DNA of 64,000 nucleotides from Eledone cirrhosa (Eukaryota): NCBI GenBank assembly GCA_964016885.1, contig OZ024746.1, positions 23,746,001 to 23,810,000 of the forward strand, read 5' to 3'. Shown piece by piece: positions 1 to 10,599 of this stretch (position 1 is its first letter; each line of letters starts with the position of its first letter). The notes under the pieces were generated by a model. It saw only the letters and a program-made list of their open reading frames with translations, ran no database searches and was not told where the DNA came from. The position numbers and the translations under genes were made by a program.

Positions 1-260
1 TTGTTTGCTTGAGCAAGACACTTTATTTCACATTGCTCCAGTTTACTCAGCTGTAGAAATGAGATGATAGGGACTGGGATCCCTATCATTCCACTGCAAA
101 GTGGTCGTGGAGGTGCCACGGCAAAAAAGCACCCAGCACTCACTGTAAATGAGGTTGGTGTTAGGAAGGGCATCCAACTGTAGAAATCAAGCCAGAATCA
201 GTTCCCGTCCCACCCTTGCAAGCAGGGAAAAGTGGACGTAAAATGAAATGATGATGATGA
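1..260 (+). mobile_element. SINE family F (CORE-like TTGAGCAAGACACT block, RTE-type tail), 5' end cut by window edge
   Basis: Close reverse-complement match to the copy at 55858-56160; ends GGACGTAAAATGAAA(TGA)n. Confidence 0.8.
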
Positions 261-279
261 TATATATATATATATGACA

Positions 280-530
280 GGACAAAAATTGCCCAGTTCA
301 CCCTGTAAGGTGGTCGTTTTGGTGCCTTTGATAAAAAGCACCCAGTCCACACTGTAACGTGGTTGGTGTTAGGAACAGCATTCAGCCATAGAAGCCAAGC
401 AAAATTACAAATTCATATGAGCATGACATGGTCTTCAGATCTGATTTGTCTCATAATGAGACAACCAGTCTAATTCATGCAAGCTTGGAAAATGAACATT
501 AAACGATAATGATGATGATGATGATGATGA
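280..530 (+). mobile_element. Family B retroposon segment (AAAAGCACCCAG..CTGTAA module, GGTTGGTGTTAGGAA, RTE-type tail)
   Basis: Same motifs recur at about 1540-1700, 21435-21580, 34620-34915, 55480-55662, 61490-61780 (+) and 11805-11985, 20420-20880, 40090-40320, 60190-60390 (-). Confidence 0.75.
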
Positions 531-689
531 TATATGTCTGTGTGTGTGTTGGTATATGAAAGGCCCACCAAACTGGGCCATCCACCCATGTCTAACTCTG
601 GTCTTGCTTGTGTCATTGAGTCAGATATTTTTTTCCTGCTGTTTCAGTTCACTCAGAAGGTAAAAAATAAGTTTAACCTCTAATTCAAT

Positions 690-860
690 AGGATCAATCA
701 TATCACACACTGTGTCTTGCTGAATCTCCCTGAGAACTACATTAAGAGTACACGTGTTTGTGGTATGTTCTGCTACTTGCACATTAATTTCATCTGCAGG
801 CTGTTCTGTTATTCGGTCAACTGCAGCACTGGTTGTTAAAAACAACGGAGTTCTAACAAC
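690..860 (+). mobile_element. SINE family E 3' half
   Basis: CTGAATCTCCCTGAGAACTACATTAAG..TACACGTG..TGTGG matches the full copy at 41728-42056. Confidence 0.75.
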
Positions 861-904
861 ATCCACCGTTTATAATCCTTAGTTAACCAGAAATATTGCA
901 CCAT

Positions 905-1230
905 GTACCCCATTCCTCCTGTCCACAGGTCGATTGTGGGGTGGGGTGGGGGGCACACGAGTCCTCCTGCCTACTGGTCAATGATGTCTAGGGAGGGAGG
1001 GAATGTGAGTCCTCCAGTCTTGTGGTGAATTAGTAAGGGTTATGAGTCTTCCAGTCTTGTGGAAGCTTGAAGGAAAGGAGAGCTCTGGCTAGTGGTGGAT
1101 TGGGAGAGGGGTTGAATACCCCCCCCACCCCCGTTTAATGATGGATGGTGGTGGTGAGGTGGGGGGTGAGTCCTCCCATCTAGTGATGGTTTGGGCGAAG
1201 CATTTTTGTGAAGTAGTGGATTGTGTGTGT
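905..1230. repeat. Degenerate G-rich tandem repeat with GAGTCCTCC..CT..TGG anchor
   Basis: Anchor at about 959, 1007, 1044, 1078 and 1168, separated by variable G-rich spacers. Confidence 0.55.
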
Positions 1231-1705
1231 GTATGAGGGTTGACTGGGTTTTATTCAGGGTCTACACATTATTTAAGGTATTATTAATACACAAGCTTCC
1301 CCACCACTCATTTGTGAAATTTTCAGCCAGGGGTTCCAATAGAACTATTATCTGTCCCTGCTTCTAATTACACCAGCCAGCCAGCCAGCCAACTTGTTCC
1401 TTTGTTAAAGCGGAAAAGTGTTTGATTTGAGGGAGATTTAATAGCTATTGCTGATAAACTGACTGATTATGTTGAGGCTCCTTGGTCGTCTCGCAATTTT
1501 TCTTGTAAGAGGGAGTCTGACACTTGCTATGATTATTCGACACTGTAAAAGTGGTTGGTGTTAGGAAGGGCATCCTGCTGTAGAAACCAAGCCAGAAACA
1601 GTTCTATGAACAAGACACATTCATCTGATCTTACTAGTCTTGCAAAAGCACAGCCTATCTAACCTATGCTAGTGTGGAAAATAGATGTTAGTGATGATGA
1701 TGGTA

Positions 1706-2011
1706 GGGTAGTGGATTGGCAGTATTGGTAGAGACTCAGTCAACATGCTTAGTGGCATATCGTTACGTGCCTTTGCATTCTGAGTTCAAATCCTTGCTTA
1801 GTGGCATATCGTTACGTGCCTTTGCATTCTGAGTTCAAATCCTTGCTTAGTGGCATATCGGTACGTGCCTTTGCATTCTGAGTTCAAATCCTATCATGGT
1901 TAGCTTTATTGATAAAATAAAGTACCAGTTACGCATTGAGGTCGATTTACTCAACTTTCTCCTCACCCCAAAATTGTTGGCCTTGTGCCTGAATTAGAAA
2001 CCATTATTATT
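1706..2011 (+). mobile_element. tRNA-derived SINE family A (long form) with internal 49-bp triplication
   Basis: A-box-like TGGCAGTATTGG, B-box GAGTTCAAATCC, GATAAAATAAAGTACCAG, tail GGCCTTGTGCC..AGAAACC(ATT)n; units start at 1746, 1795, 1844. Confidence 0.85.
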
Positions 2012-2040
2012 TGACATGTTTAAAGGCAATGGTAATTTTA

Positions 2041-2193
2041 CGCCATGCTTTGACGCATAGAGTTACGGCCCTTTCCATTCTGAGTTCAAATCCCGCCGAG
2101 GTCAACTTTGCCTTTCATCCTTACGGGGTCGTAAAATAAAGTACCAGTAATGCACTGGGTAATTGCTGGCCTTGTGCCAAAAATAGAAACAAT
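2041..2193 (+). mobile_element. SINE family A short form, 5'-truncated
   Basis: Near-identical to the reverse complement of 10785-10940 and 44785-44933. Confidence 0.85.
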
Positions 2194-2574
2194 TTTAAAT
2201 ATTATTCTAAGCTTATCAACGAAACTTTAAAACATGTGTGTTTCTTACATTTGTCGTTGCTTTCAACAAATCTATCGAAACGAGGGTGGTTTTTTTTTAA
2301 TTTAAAAAAAAAATCGATTTTTATCAATTAAAATAAGTGAACGCTGTGTATTAATAAATATTTTCTAACTAAGATGGCATGGGTAGAAAGACACCATGGG
2401 TTTCTTACTGTTGGGAGTTCGAGTCCCACCAGGGTTGACTATATCTTTCATGGAATAAAGAAAGCAGCTACAGATATTTCATATAAGTTTTATCTAATAC
2501 ATAAGGATTGCTGAAACCCTTGTATGAAACGGGCCTTCTTCTCTGAAGACTTTCGGTTGTCCAGTTCTCCCTAG

Positions 2575-2765
2575 AGTTTACTACTACTATCACAGCTGCT
2601 GCTACTACTGCAGCTGCTACTATTACTACTACGGCTGCTGCTACTACTACCACTAATACTATTGTTGCTGTTGTTACTACTACTGTTGCTGCTACTATTA
2701 CTATTTCAGCTACTACTATTGCTGCTGCTGCTGCTACTACTATAGTTGTGGTAGTTACTGTTGTT
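2575..2765. repeat. Compound triplet microsatellite (CTA/CTG/TTG)n
   Basis: Visible directly; explains ORFs 2468..2794 and 2706..2912. Confidence 0.9.
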
Positions 2766-4165
2766 TCCCCCCCCCTCCCGTCCAGTAGCGTCATGGGGCG
2801 AGGGTTGGGGTTGAGGTGTCGGTACTTTGGGGTTTATTGATTGTATATATTTAAGTATGTGGGGCTCCTGTATGAGGAAGAGGAAAAACTGACGGGCTAC
2901 CTCAAATGGCACACACTTTAACTACGACACCCACTGTCCAAGTCGGTCATCACTGGGCTGACCAATAATAATTAAAGAGTTTTTTATCCGTGACTATTCC
3001 ACGCTTTTTTTCTTCTTCAGGTTTAGTATACCCCAAAACACACGATCCGATACATCCTTCTCTTGCTTAAAAAAAAAAAAGAAGATAAATGTGTATTAAC
3101 AACTTGGACGAGAATAAGTGATGTGACTGCTGTTTCTAGCTCATCGAGTGACCATGTCTGTTGTCTCTCTCTCGTTAGTTTCGTTACTGAAGATCTTTGT
3201 ATGTGTTGCAGGAATTCTTTTATACGGTTATGATGGTCGTCCAAAATTATCGAATGTAAATCGATATTCGATGAAACAGCTGACAAGATCGATCTGTTTT
3301 TCTTTTCTTTTCTTTTCTCTTTTTTTTTTGTTTTTGCACAATAAGTAACATATATCGTTTTAGAATTTGGATATCGTCGAGGGATAATAATCCCCCAAAA
3401 GAAAACTGAATAAAGATTTGGTCATTTCAAGACAAATATTATGAAATATTTCTCCAATATTATTTTTTTTATTCAGTTTATGTATTTATTTTTTACGTGG
3501 GTTATTTATCTTCTACAAAGAAAGAAAAACATTCTAGCCGTGACAACCACATCGTAACTGGAACGCTAGGCCTGGAGCTAAATAATAATATGTATATAGA
3601 TGCTAAATAATCTAGTCATAGCCTCACCTCTGACGTTCCAGCCATGACCATCCCATCATAGCTGGAAGGTTACATCTGGATTTCAATAGCATGTCATTAA
3701 ATAAATGATAAACAACCAAGTTATAGTTTCTCCTTTAACTCTAACGTTCCAGCCATGATCATTCCAACTTTATTTTCAAGCAGTGTACTATATTATCCAA
3801 CACTACCGTTTTTTTTTTTTAAAAATAAGATAATATGGTGTAATATAAGATCAATTTGACTGCTATTTCTAGCAGGTTGTGAGACCACATAGCTGCTATA
3901 ATTCCACCAAATGTTTTGAGTTGTCCACTATTTTCAAAATTGTTATTTTATTATTCTCGTCTGCTTCACATTAAATTTATTGGCTTCACTTTCCAAACTA
4001 ACCCAAGTTACCCAGTCTTGGATTAACAATTAAGCACGTACTTAAGACGTCAGTAAAGAGGGGACCTATAAGAGTTTTTCTTTTTTTCCCTTCCAGTGCA
4101 GGATTTAAACTGAACCATAGTGCAATATTACAACTGAAACAGGGTCCATAAAAGTGTCTTCCATA

Positions 4166-4431
4166 CAGACGCATAACTAGGGAAAATAGCGCCTATGGCA
4201 AGCAGTGAAATTGCGCCCCTGCCCAGGACGGTATTTTTACCTATGGGCCTAATAATTTATATAAATGGTTTAATGATCCAGCCACCATAGTGTTTCTCAT
4301 TATATGATAATCACAGATCATACATATGAAGAAGTTTCTTTTTTCAATTTCCGACGATAGCTTATCTGACTTTAATAGAAAGTGGCGCCCATGCCACGTG
4401 CCATGCTTGTTATACCCTAGTTATGCCTCTG
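4166..4431. mobile_element. Non-autonomous DNA transposon (MITE), hAT-like CAG..CTG termini
   Basis: 17-bp TIR CAGACGCATAACTAGGG / CCCTAGTTATGCCTCTG with 1 mismatch; appears nested in an older element ~4094-4484. Confidence 0.8.
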
Positions 4432-4491
4432 CTCCTACAATTGCTTCGATGATTAGGACCTCTAAAGGTCTTATTCTGTCCCTGCTTTAAT

Positions 4492-4748
4492 TAGTGTTTC
4501 TCAAAGTGGATTCCGTGAAAAAATATCTGGGGTTTCGCGAGATGGAGTATCTCTTGTATTAAAATTTAACAAAAATATATCATTTTTGTTTTATTTCAAA
4601 TTAATATATTCTCTCTCTTAAGGAAACATTGTTTCGTTTAATGTCTTATTACAGTTAATGTGATGGGGACAGTCTGTAAAATATACATTGGTAAGGGTTC
4701 CATGATTTAAAAAAAAAAACGTATAAGAGTATTGTTTAGGAACCACTA
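4492..4748. mobile_element. hAT-Charlie-like MITE
   Basis: Ends TAGTGTTTCTCAAA and TTTAGGAACCACTA form an imperfect TIR of Charlie type. Confidence 0.6.
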
Positions 4749-4957
4749 ATCTAATATCGTTTCATCTAACAGAATTAGCAGGCATTTTTTTTCATTTCAT
4801 TTATAATTCCTCATCTAAAAAGAAAGGAAAGTTGTTATCGAATCTTGAAGTCCAGTTGGAGATTATTAACTCCATCTGTATCGATTGATTTCAGTGTTAT
4901 TAACAACATATTTTAAGACAAGGCGACATTCAATACAAGGCAACCTAAGTTAGGCTT

Positions 4958-5085
4958 TTACTGGTTTCAATGATTAGACTGTAACCATGCTGGGGCATTG
5001 GACTAAAGAGATTGAGTCGATCATGTCAACTTCCATATCTCCTTTTCAAGTTTGGTACCTATTTTAACGATCTTTTTCTTGCAGA
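4958..5085 (+). mobile_element. Dispersed repeat (ACTGGTTTCA..GACTG..GCCATGCTGG family)
   Basis: Also at about 34298-34440, 49025-49070 (+) and 12405-12460 (-). Confidence 0.6.
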
Positions 5086-5447
5086 ATCGTGTGTGTGTGA
5101 GAGAGAGAAATTGCCAAGCGAAATCCTTAACCTCACAACCATATAAACGTCTATACATAAAAAAACAACAAAAATAGACGTGATGGTCATGGCTCGAATG
5201 ACTTTGATTATAAGTCCGATTGGGGGACTGAACAGTATTATGATGCTAATTAGGCAGAAACCTAAGGACCTGTCCATTTATGCTGTAGTTGGGTGAAAGA
5301 TTGAGGTACCAGAGGAGGAGGGGGGAATACCCGAAAGAGTAAGGGCCTAAGCCCGACCATGCACTAATACGACTCAAGTTGTCAGCTGTTGTGGTGCCTG
5401 GGGGAGCCTGGAATACCTGATTGTCTAGGAGCCTGGCCATAGCAGAG

Positions 5448-5713
5448 CAGGACTTACCTATAAGCTATAGCTTAGGACCACACACCTTCGAGGGTTTCAT
5501 TTTAAGAAACATATTATTATTTTATCATTATCTTTTATTCTTTAACACTAAATCATCAAAATTTCCATATATATATTATTTATTTATTCTTTATCATTAA
5601 TGTGAACAATAATAATAATATATAATTATTTGAAATTTTATTACCCGATTTTTTTTTTAGAGATGTGCCTCAAATTCCATATAGCTTGAGGCCTCAGCAG
5701 GTGAAAAGTCCTG
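5448..5713. mobile_element. Putative MITE
   Basis: Imperfect TIR CAGGACTTACCT / AGGTGAAAAGTCCTG, AT-rich interior, subterminal ATAGCTT-(A/GA)GG at both ends; no TSD recognised. Confidence 0.45.
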
Positions 5714-5904
5714 TCATGGGCCATGGCTTAATACGGCATGGATTTGGGGGCTGATCTAAGGCGAAGGACAATAACATGTTTAGAACTGATTGTTCTTGGT
5801 TTTCTTTATGGATCTCTCAATTGCAGTCAGGACAAGATTTAGACCATGGTGGGCCCTGGGCAGTTCAGGTTTGGCGGGCTCCTCATAAAACCACACATAT
5901 GCAT

Positions 5905-5914
5905 ATGTGTGTGT

Positions 5915-5979
<65 letters not shown>

Positions 5980-5980
5980 A
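5905..5980. repeat. (TA)n microsatellite
   Basis: Pure TA run; others at ~9255, 9915-9970, 26065, 34920, 54280-54560. Confidence 0.95.
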
Positions 5981-6151
5981 ACACATAATCAGATAGAGAG
6001 GGGGAAGAAGAAGAACAACAACAACCTGTTCGGATCAAGGGGGGATCTAAGGCATTCACCCCCACCGCCTCCGATAAATTTAGCCGTGATTGCAGTTTAT
6101 TTATTTGTATTTTACAATAAAATTCCTCTTTGATCTAATCAACATAAAAGA

Positions 6152-6277
6152 ATGGCGTTATTGCTGCTCCTACTGAGTGCTAGTAGTATCACACCTTCAT
6201 ATTTTTACAACTGTTTTCTTGTTGGCAACTGTAGCGCGAAAAGAAGAGAAGAAGATAATGGTTCAACTAGCTGTTAA
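6152..6277 (+). CDS. Candidate 41-aa smORF, peptide-precursor-like (MALLLLLLSASSITPSYFYNCFLVGNCSAKRREEDNGSTSC)
   Basis: ATG in strong context (AGAATGG), hydrophobic N-terminus, C-x5-C, KRR, TAA at 6275-6277, AATAAA at ~6428; no homology recognised. Confidence 0.2.
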   Translation: MALLLLLLSASSITPSYFYNCFLVGNCSAKRREEDNGSTSC

Positions 6278-6611
6278 AAACATTACCATGTGGAATAACT
6301 TCTTTCTTTTATCGATCCATATTATTATTTTTCACTACCGTTTCTCTTTCCTGAAATTTATTTGGTTTCATCGATGTATTTCCTTTTAACTAGAAATTAT
6401 AAAAAACAACAATAACATCATAATACTAATAAATAAATGTTTGCTATTCTTTTAAATTTATTATCGTGTTGGTTACTGAACAAACAGCTCTAGAAATATA
6501 TAAAACACGATTTTAATTTGTTAGAATTTTGGATTTTATTGGAATCTTGCTTGAAACAATAATGAAGCCATCTTAACATTTTATGCTTGTTGTTTGTTGC
6601 ATTTCTGATTA

Positions 6612-6688
6612 TCCCGTCGAGGTTAACTTTGTCTTTCATCCTTACGGGGTTAATTGCTGGCCTTGTGCCAAAAGTAGAAACAATTATT
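6612..6688 (+). mobile_element. SINE family A, 5'-truncated and internally deleted
   Basis: CCTTACGGGGT joined directly to TAATTGCTGGCCTTGTGCC tail. Confidence 0.8.
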
Positions 6689-7299
6689 AATTCCAGAAAA
6701 TCGTATAGTTAAATCCTAGAAGTCTTCTCTAAATTGAAGTGAATGTAAAATCCATTAAAATTCTTGATTATCAAAATTATTTGTTAAAAATCATAGGCAG
6801 TGTATTTCGTTAAAATGATTAAATACCATAAATAATAGGTGAAAGGTAATTAAATAAAATAATACTTTATGTCACATATTACCTGACGATACATGATTTG
6901 TATACAATAACAAATAATAAATGACCTGTATACATAAAATCAGCCGATCCGATGTACCGGATATTTGAATAAATGATTGTAATTAAAGAACTAAGTGAAA
7001 ACAAAAGGGAAAAATATGTAGTTCACTTTTCTTTGAGAATATATATCATTATTTAGAGAATAGAAGAAAAAGAAAAGAAATGAAATGAAAGAAGAACCTA
7101 ACGAAAAGAATGGAAAAGGAGAAGGGAGCGACAGGCTCCACACCCCAATAGTTAACTGTTAATATAAAAAGCTCATTTACGGAAGAAATAATATATAGAG
7201 AGAGGTTTGGTTGGGAATCACATGTTGGATACGGCTGTCATTTTCATCGGATTTTATTTCCACTTTAATATAGAAGGCTTACAGGATTTTGTCGGATAA

Positions 7300-7660
7300 A
7301 GTATACTCCTTGATAAGAAGGAGTATGTTATTAAATTCGTAGTTGTCTTAATAATAGGGATGAGTATTTTTGTCACGCCATTCTACACTTTCCACAGTTG
7401 TATGAGAGAAAGAGAGAGGAATGTCGGTGGAGGATTTATTTGACTGTAGTCTCATTCCTTTGATTATTACACAGAACGATTTTATCGGTTACGTAAATTA
7501 ATAGACCGCTTCAAATGACGGTCTAACAGTAAACTTAGCGTGACCTTATGCCACTTTGATCTTCATCTCATTAACTGATATAGAGGAAGAAGAAATCGCC
7601 TAAGTCAAACAGTGTTGCGTGTTGAAATTTAATCTGCTTAAGACGCATATCGACTTAGAC
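7300..7660 (+). ncRNA. Candidate structured RNA element or palindrome-rich enhancer, unassigned
   Basis: Helices 7303-7311/7318-7326, 7372-7378/7538-7544, 7417-7423/7453-7459, 7502-7508/7519-7525, 7600-7606/7652-7658; no family recognised. Confidence 0.3.
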
Positions 7661-8207
7661 TTGGTTAATTTTAAATGTTCTCCCCCACTACTTTTTCCTA
7701 TTTTTTTTTTCTCAGCAAGAGAACAATTTAATCAGTAATAAATAAATTATAGACTATGTATTTTTTAATAAAGCTCTTTCTTTAAGAGAATGAGCAAATG
7801 GTTTAGTATCGTTGAAGATATATCTTAACGACACCATCATTATATATTTTAATAAAAATGTCCATGACAAAATCCCCACCCTACCTGACAAAAAAACCTC
7901 ACATAGTAAAAATTGAAACAAATTTGAATATATAGTCTTTATCAGGTAAATTACATTCCAGAATGTTAGCTATTAAAAACTAAAAATACATTTTGTTTGA
8001 TCTTACTATATTATTATTTATTTTTTTACTATGTAGGGTTTATGTTTGGTAGGAGGGAGTTGCTCTTTATCTCGTTATTCATATTTCGAGTTTGTATGTT
8101 TTTATTTCAATAAAAAATATGTATTGAAATTTTTGTGTAGACGTAAATAGAATCTTTTATTTATTGTTAAATCTATTCATCTATAATGATTTGTATAATA
8201 ATTCTAA

Positions 8208-8331
8208 GCAGGGCCGGATTTATCAGGGGGGTGGAAAGGGTGAATGCCCTGGGTACCCCTTGTCAAATAGAGCCCCCTCAAGGAACAGCCCTGGGTCATC
8301 CCTGGTCCCACAAGATCTAAATATAGTCCTG
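8208..8331. mobile_element. Short GC-rich MITE
   Basis: CAGGGCCGGATTTA at left, degenerate TAAATATAGTCCTG at right; related ends at ~4094-4484 and ~5733-6088. Confidence 0.55.
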
Positions 8332-8379
8332 ATTCTGAGATACAACTAACTGAATTGGTATGTATTGGTTTATTATCTA

Positions 8380-8700
8380 CTGGATCAGATTGGATTCTTG
8401 TCGATTGTTTGTATGTATGGACCCGTAACTCCTAGTGGAGACGTAGGGGCACCGTTGTGACACTGCCTGTCTAGAGTATTTTAAAACCTGGCAGAGCCAT
8501 TCCTTCTCCAGGTTTGAATACGGCCGATTTCTCCAGAGGAGGAGGAGAGAGAGAGAGAGAACCAACCCCAGTACTGGATTGGTACTTTTTTATCGACCCC
8601 CAAAGGCAAAGTTGACCTCGACGGGATTTGATCTGAAAGAGTAGAGCCGGTACGAATACTACAAAGCATTTTATCTGACATTCTAATCTAGCTCTGCCAA
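8380..8700 (-). mobile_element. SINE with family-A head/core and an alternative 3' tail
   Basis: 8565-8700 is family-A head/core; 8380-8560 matches 35285-35415 in the opposite orientation, also following an A core. Confidence 0.7.
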
Positions 8701-9251
8701 TTTGCTGCTTTCTTGTCAATTGACATATCTTTAAATGGCAAAGGAATCCTTTATTTCTAAGATATTTACATATAAACACAATTTATATGATTTACAGAAG
8801 ACAATAAGTTAGATAGATCGTTTCTATATTTCATACAAATTTAATTTAACGTTTTAATTACGAATGTATTGATTTGTGATTTCCGCAGTTATTACTATTA
8901 TTATTATTTTTTACAATATGTGTTTTTGTACTGTAGGAATGCGAATTTTGCCTGTATTTCATATTAGTCAATCCAGAAATAAAATGTGACACGATAATTC
9001 CAATAATTGACTAATCTAATGTTTTATGTTTCGTCCACTCTCTCTCTTTCCTTTTTACCTCATCTGTCTCTTGTGTAACTTCTTTATCTCCTCCCATCTC
9101 TAACTTCTGGTTCAGGATATACGTCAAATTTGTTTCATCACCATTCTTTTTCTGGTGTGCGTTATTGACAGTGGCCAACTGTCTGATATTGGGTGTCTGC
9201 CCAATTCTGTCTACAGTCTAATGACTGGTACACTTGTATGATTAATTCACC

Positions 9252-9288
<37 letters not shown>

Positions 9289-9913
9289 GAGTGGTTGGTG
9301 ACTAAACCAGCTCCTCCACTGGGGCTCCTTTATCAGACATGCTCCTATTGATCCAATTTTACTGAGGTGGTCAATTGTCTGGGGATCTGAGGATGCCTGA
9401 GGTCCTGATAGCGACCAGTGCAAAGAGGAAGTGGCCAAACTCTGGTATTTGCTTATCTCCCTGTCCTCTGTTATGTTTCTACTTGTGAGTGAAGATTATA
9501 TCGTGTCTGCAATTCAAAGGTGCAGCCATATCACATATTGTGATACACTGATGCTGTCTGAGAAATTACATAAAAGGTGGACATGTCTGTGGAATACTCA
9601 ACCACTTACACGCTAATCCACATGTCCAACTTTCAGTTAATCAAATGATTGAAGGCTCATTGTTGAAAAGGCTTCACTTTACTGATTTAAATATAGGCTG
9701 CAATATCTTCTGTATTTAAAATCAACTTAAAATGTTAGAACCATTCACTAAAAATTTGTATAGGGGAGTACTGTGCAATGTGTAAACGATTTACTTTATA
9801 TTTTATTGACTGCTTTATATCAATATATATATATATATATTAAAATTTGGCTCCGACATAGCTTTATACATACATGTATGTGAATTTGAATTTCATATAT
9901 CTAAAGATACACA

Positions 9914-9973
<60 letters not shown>

Positions 9974-10027
9974 TGGAGCCATGGTGGAAATAGGGTTGAC
10001 GTATTTAACTTTTGGTGTACAAATGAT

Positions 10028-10478
10028 AAGAGGGAAAAAGTTTAGGGAGCTACTACCTCTGTTGAAAACAAAGGGTTTCTCCCTACAAATGGAAGGTCAA
10101 TTGCATGATACCTGTGTGGGAAGTGCAATGCTAAATGGTAGTGAATGCAGAATATGCAAAGGCTGCAGAGAAATGAAGCAAGCATATGTCTGTGCATGAA
10201 TAACGAAGTATGGATAAACTGAAAGAAAAACTGATGATAAGAGACATCAGATGTAGTGTGCAAGAGAGATGACTGCACTGGTATGGTTGATGTGCATAAT
10301 TGATGCACATGGTCTCTGGGTGAAAAAGTGGAAGGAAGACTTGGGTGGAGGTGGTGAGAGCTGATCTCAACCTCACAGAGAAAGCTACGAAGAAATGCGA
10401 CGAGTAGAGAGGCTGTGCTTAATAAGACATGTCCAACCGATGCAAGCTTGGAAAAGAAAACAGTAAATGAGGATGAGA
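10028..10478 (+). mobile_element. RTE-clade LINE 3' fragment (decayed RT C-terminus and tail)
   Basis: KFRELLPLLxxKGFSL, CVxSAML, GRKTWxEVVRADL motifs with frameshifts; tail ATGCAAGCTTGGAAAA. Confidence 0.8.
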
Positions 10479-10599
10479 GATAAATGTAAGATTACAACCC
10501 AGGACTTTGTGATTAGAAAGTGAACTTCTTATTGTATCAACATGACTAACATATGAAATGCATGTGTAAAATTTTAAACAATTACAGATGAATATATAA

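Larger units (their letters stand above)
2000..9200. promoter_or_regulatory. CpG-retaining island, candidate unmethylated regulatory region
   Basis: CG is frequent in unique sequence here (ATCGAATGTAAATCGATATTCGATG ~3250; CAGCCGATCCGATGTACCGG ~6941) and scarce after ~9.3 kb; judged by eye, not computed. Confidence 0.5.

Noticed and set aside
3023-3286. 87-aa minus-strand ORF with natural-looking composition
   Set aside because: Non-ATG start, runs through a homopolymer tract, no recognisable domain or flanking splice signals
7090-7105. Telomerase template-like AACCTAAC upstream of the structured element
   Set aside because: Fits TTAGG rather than the TTAGGG expected in molluscs; 8-nt match in a purine-rich tract; no pseudoknot seen
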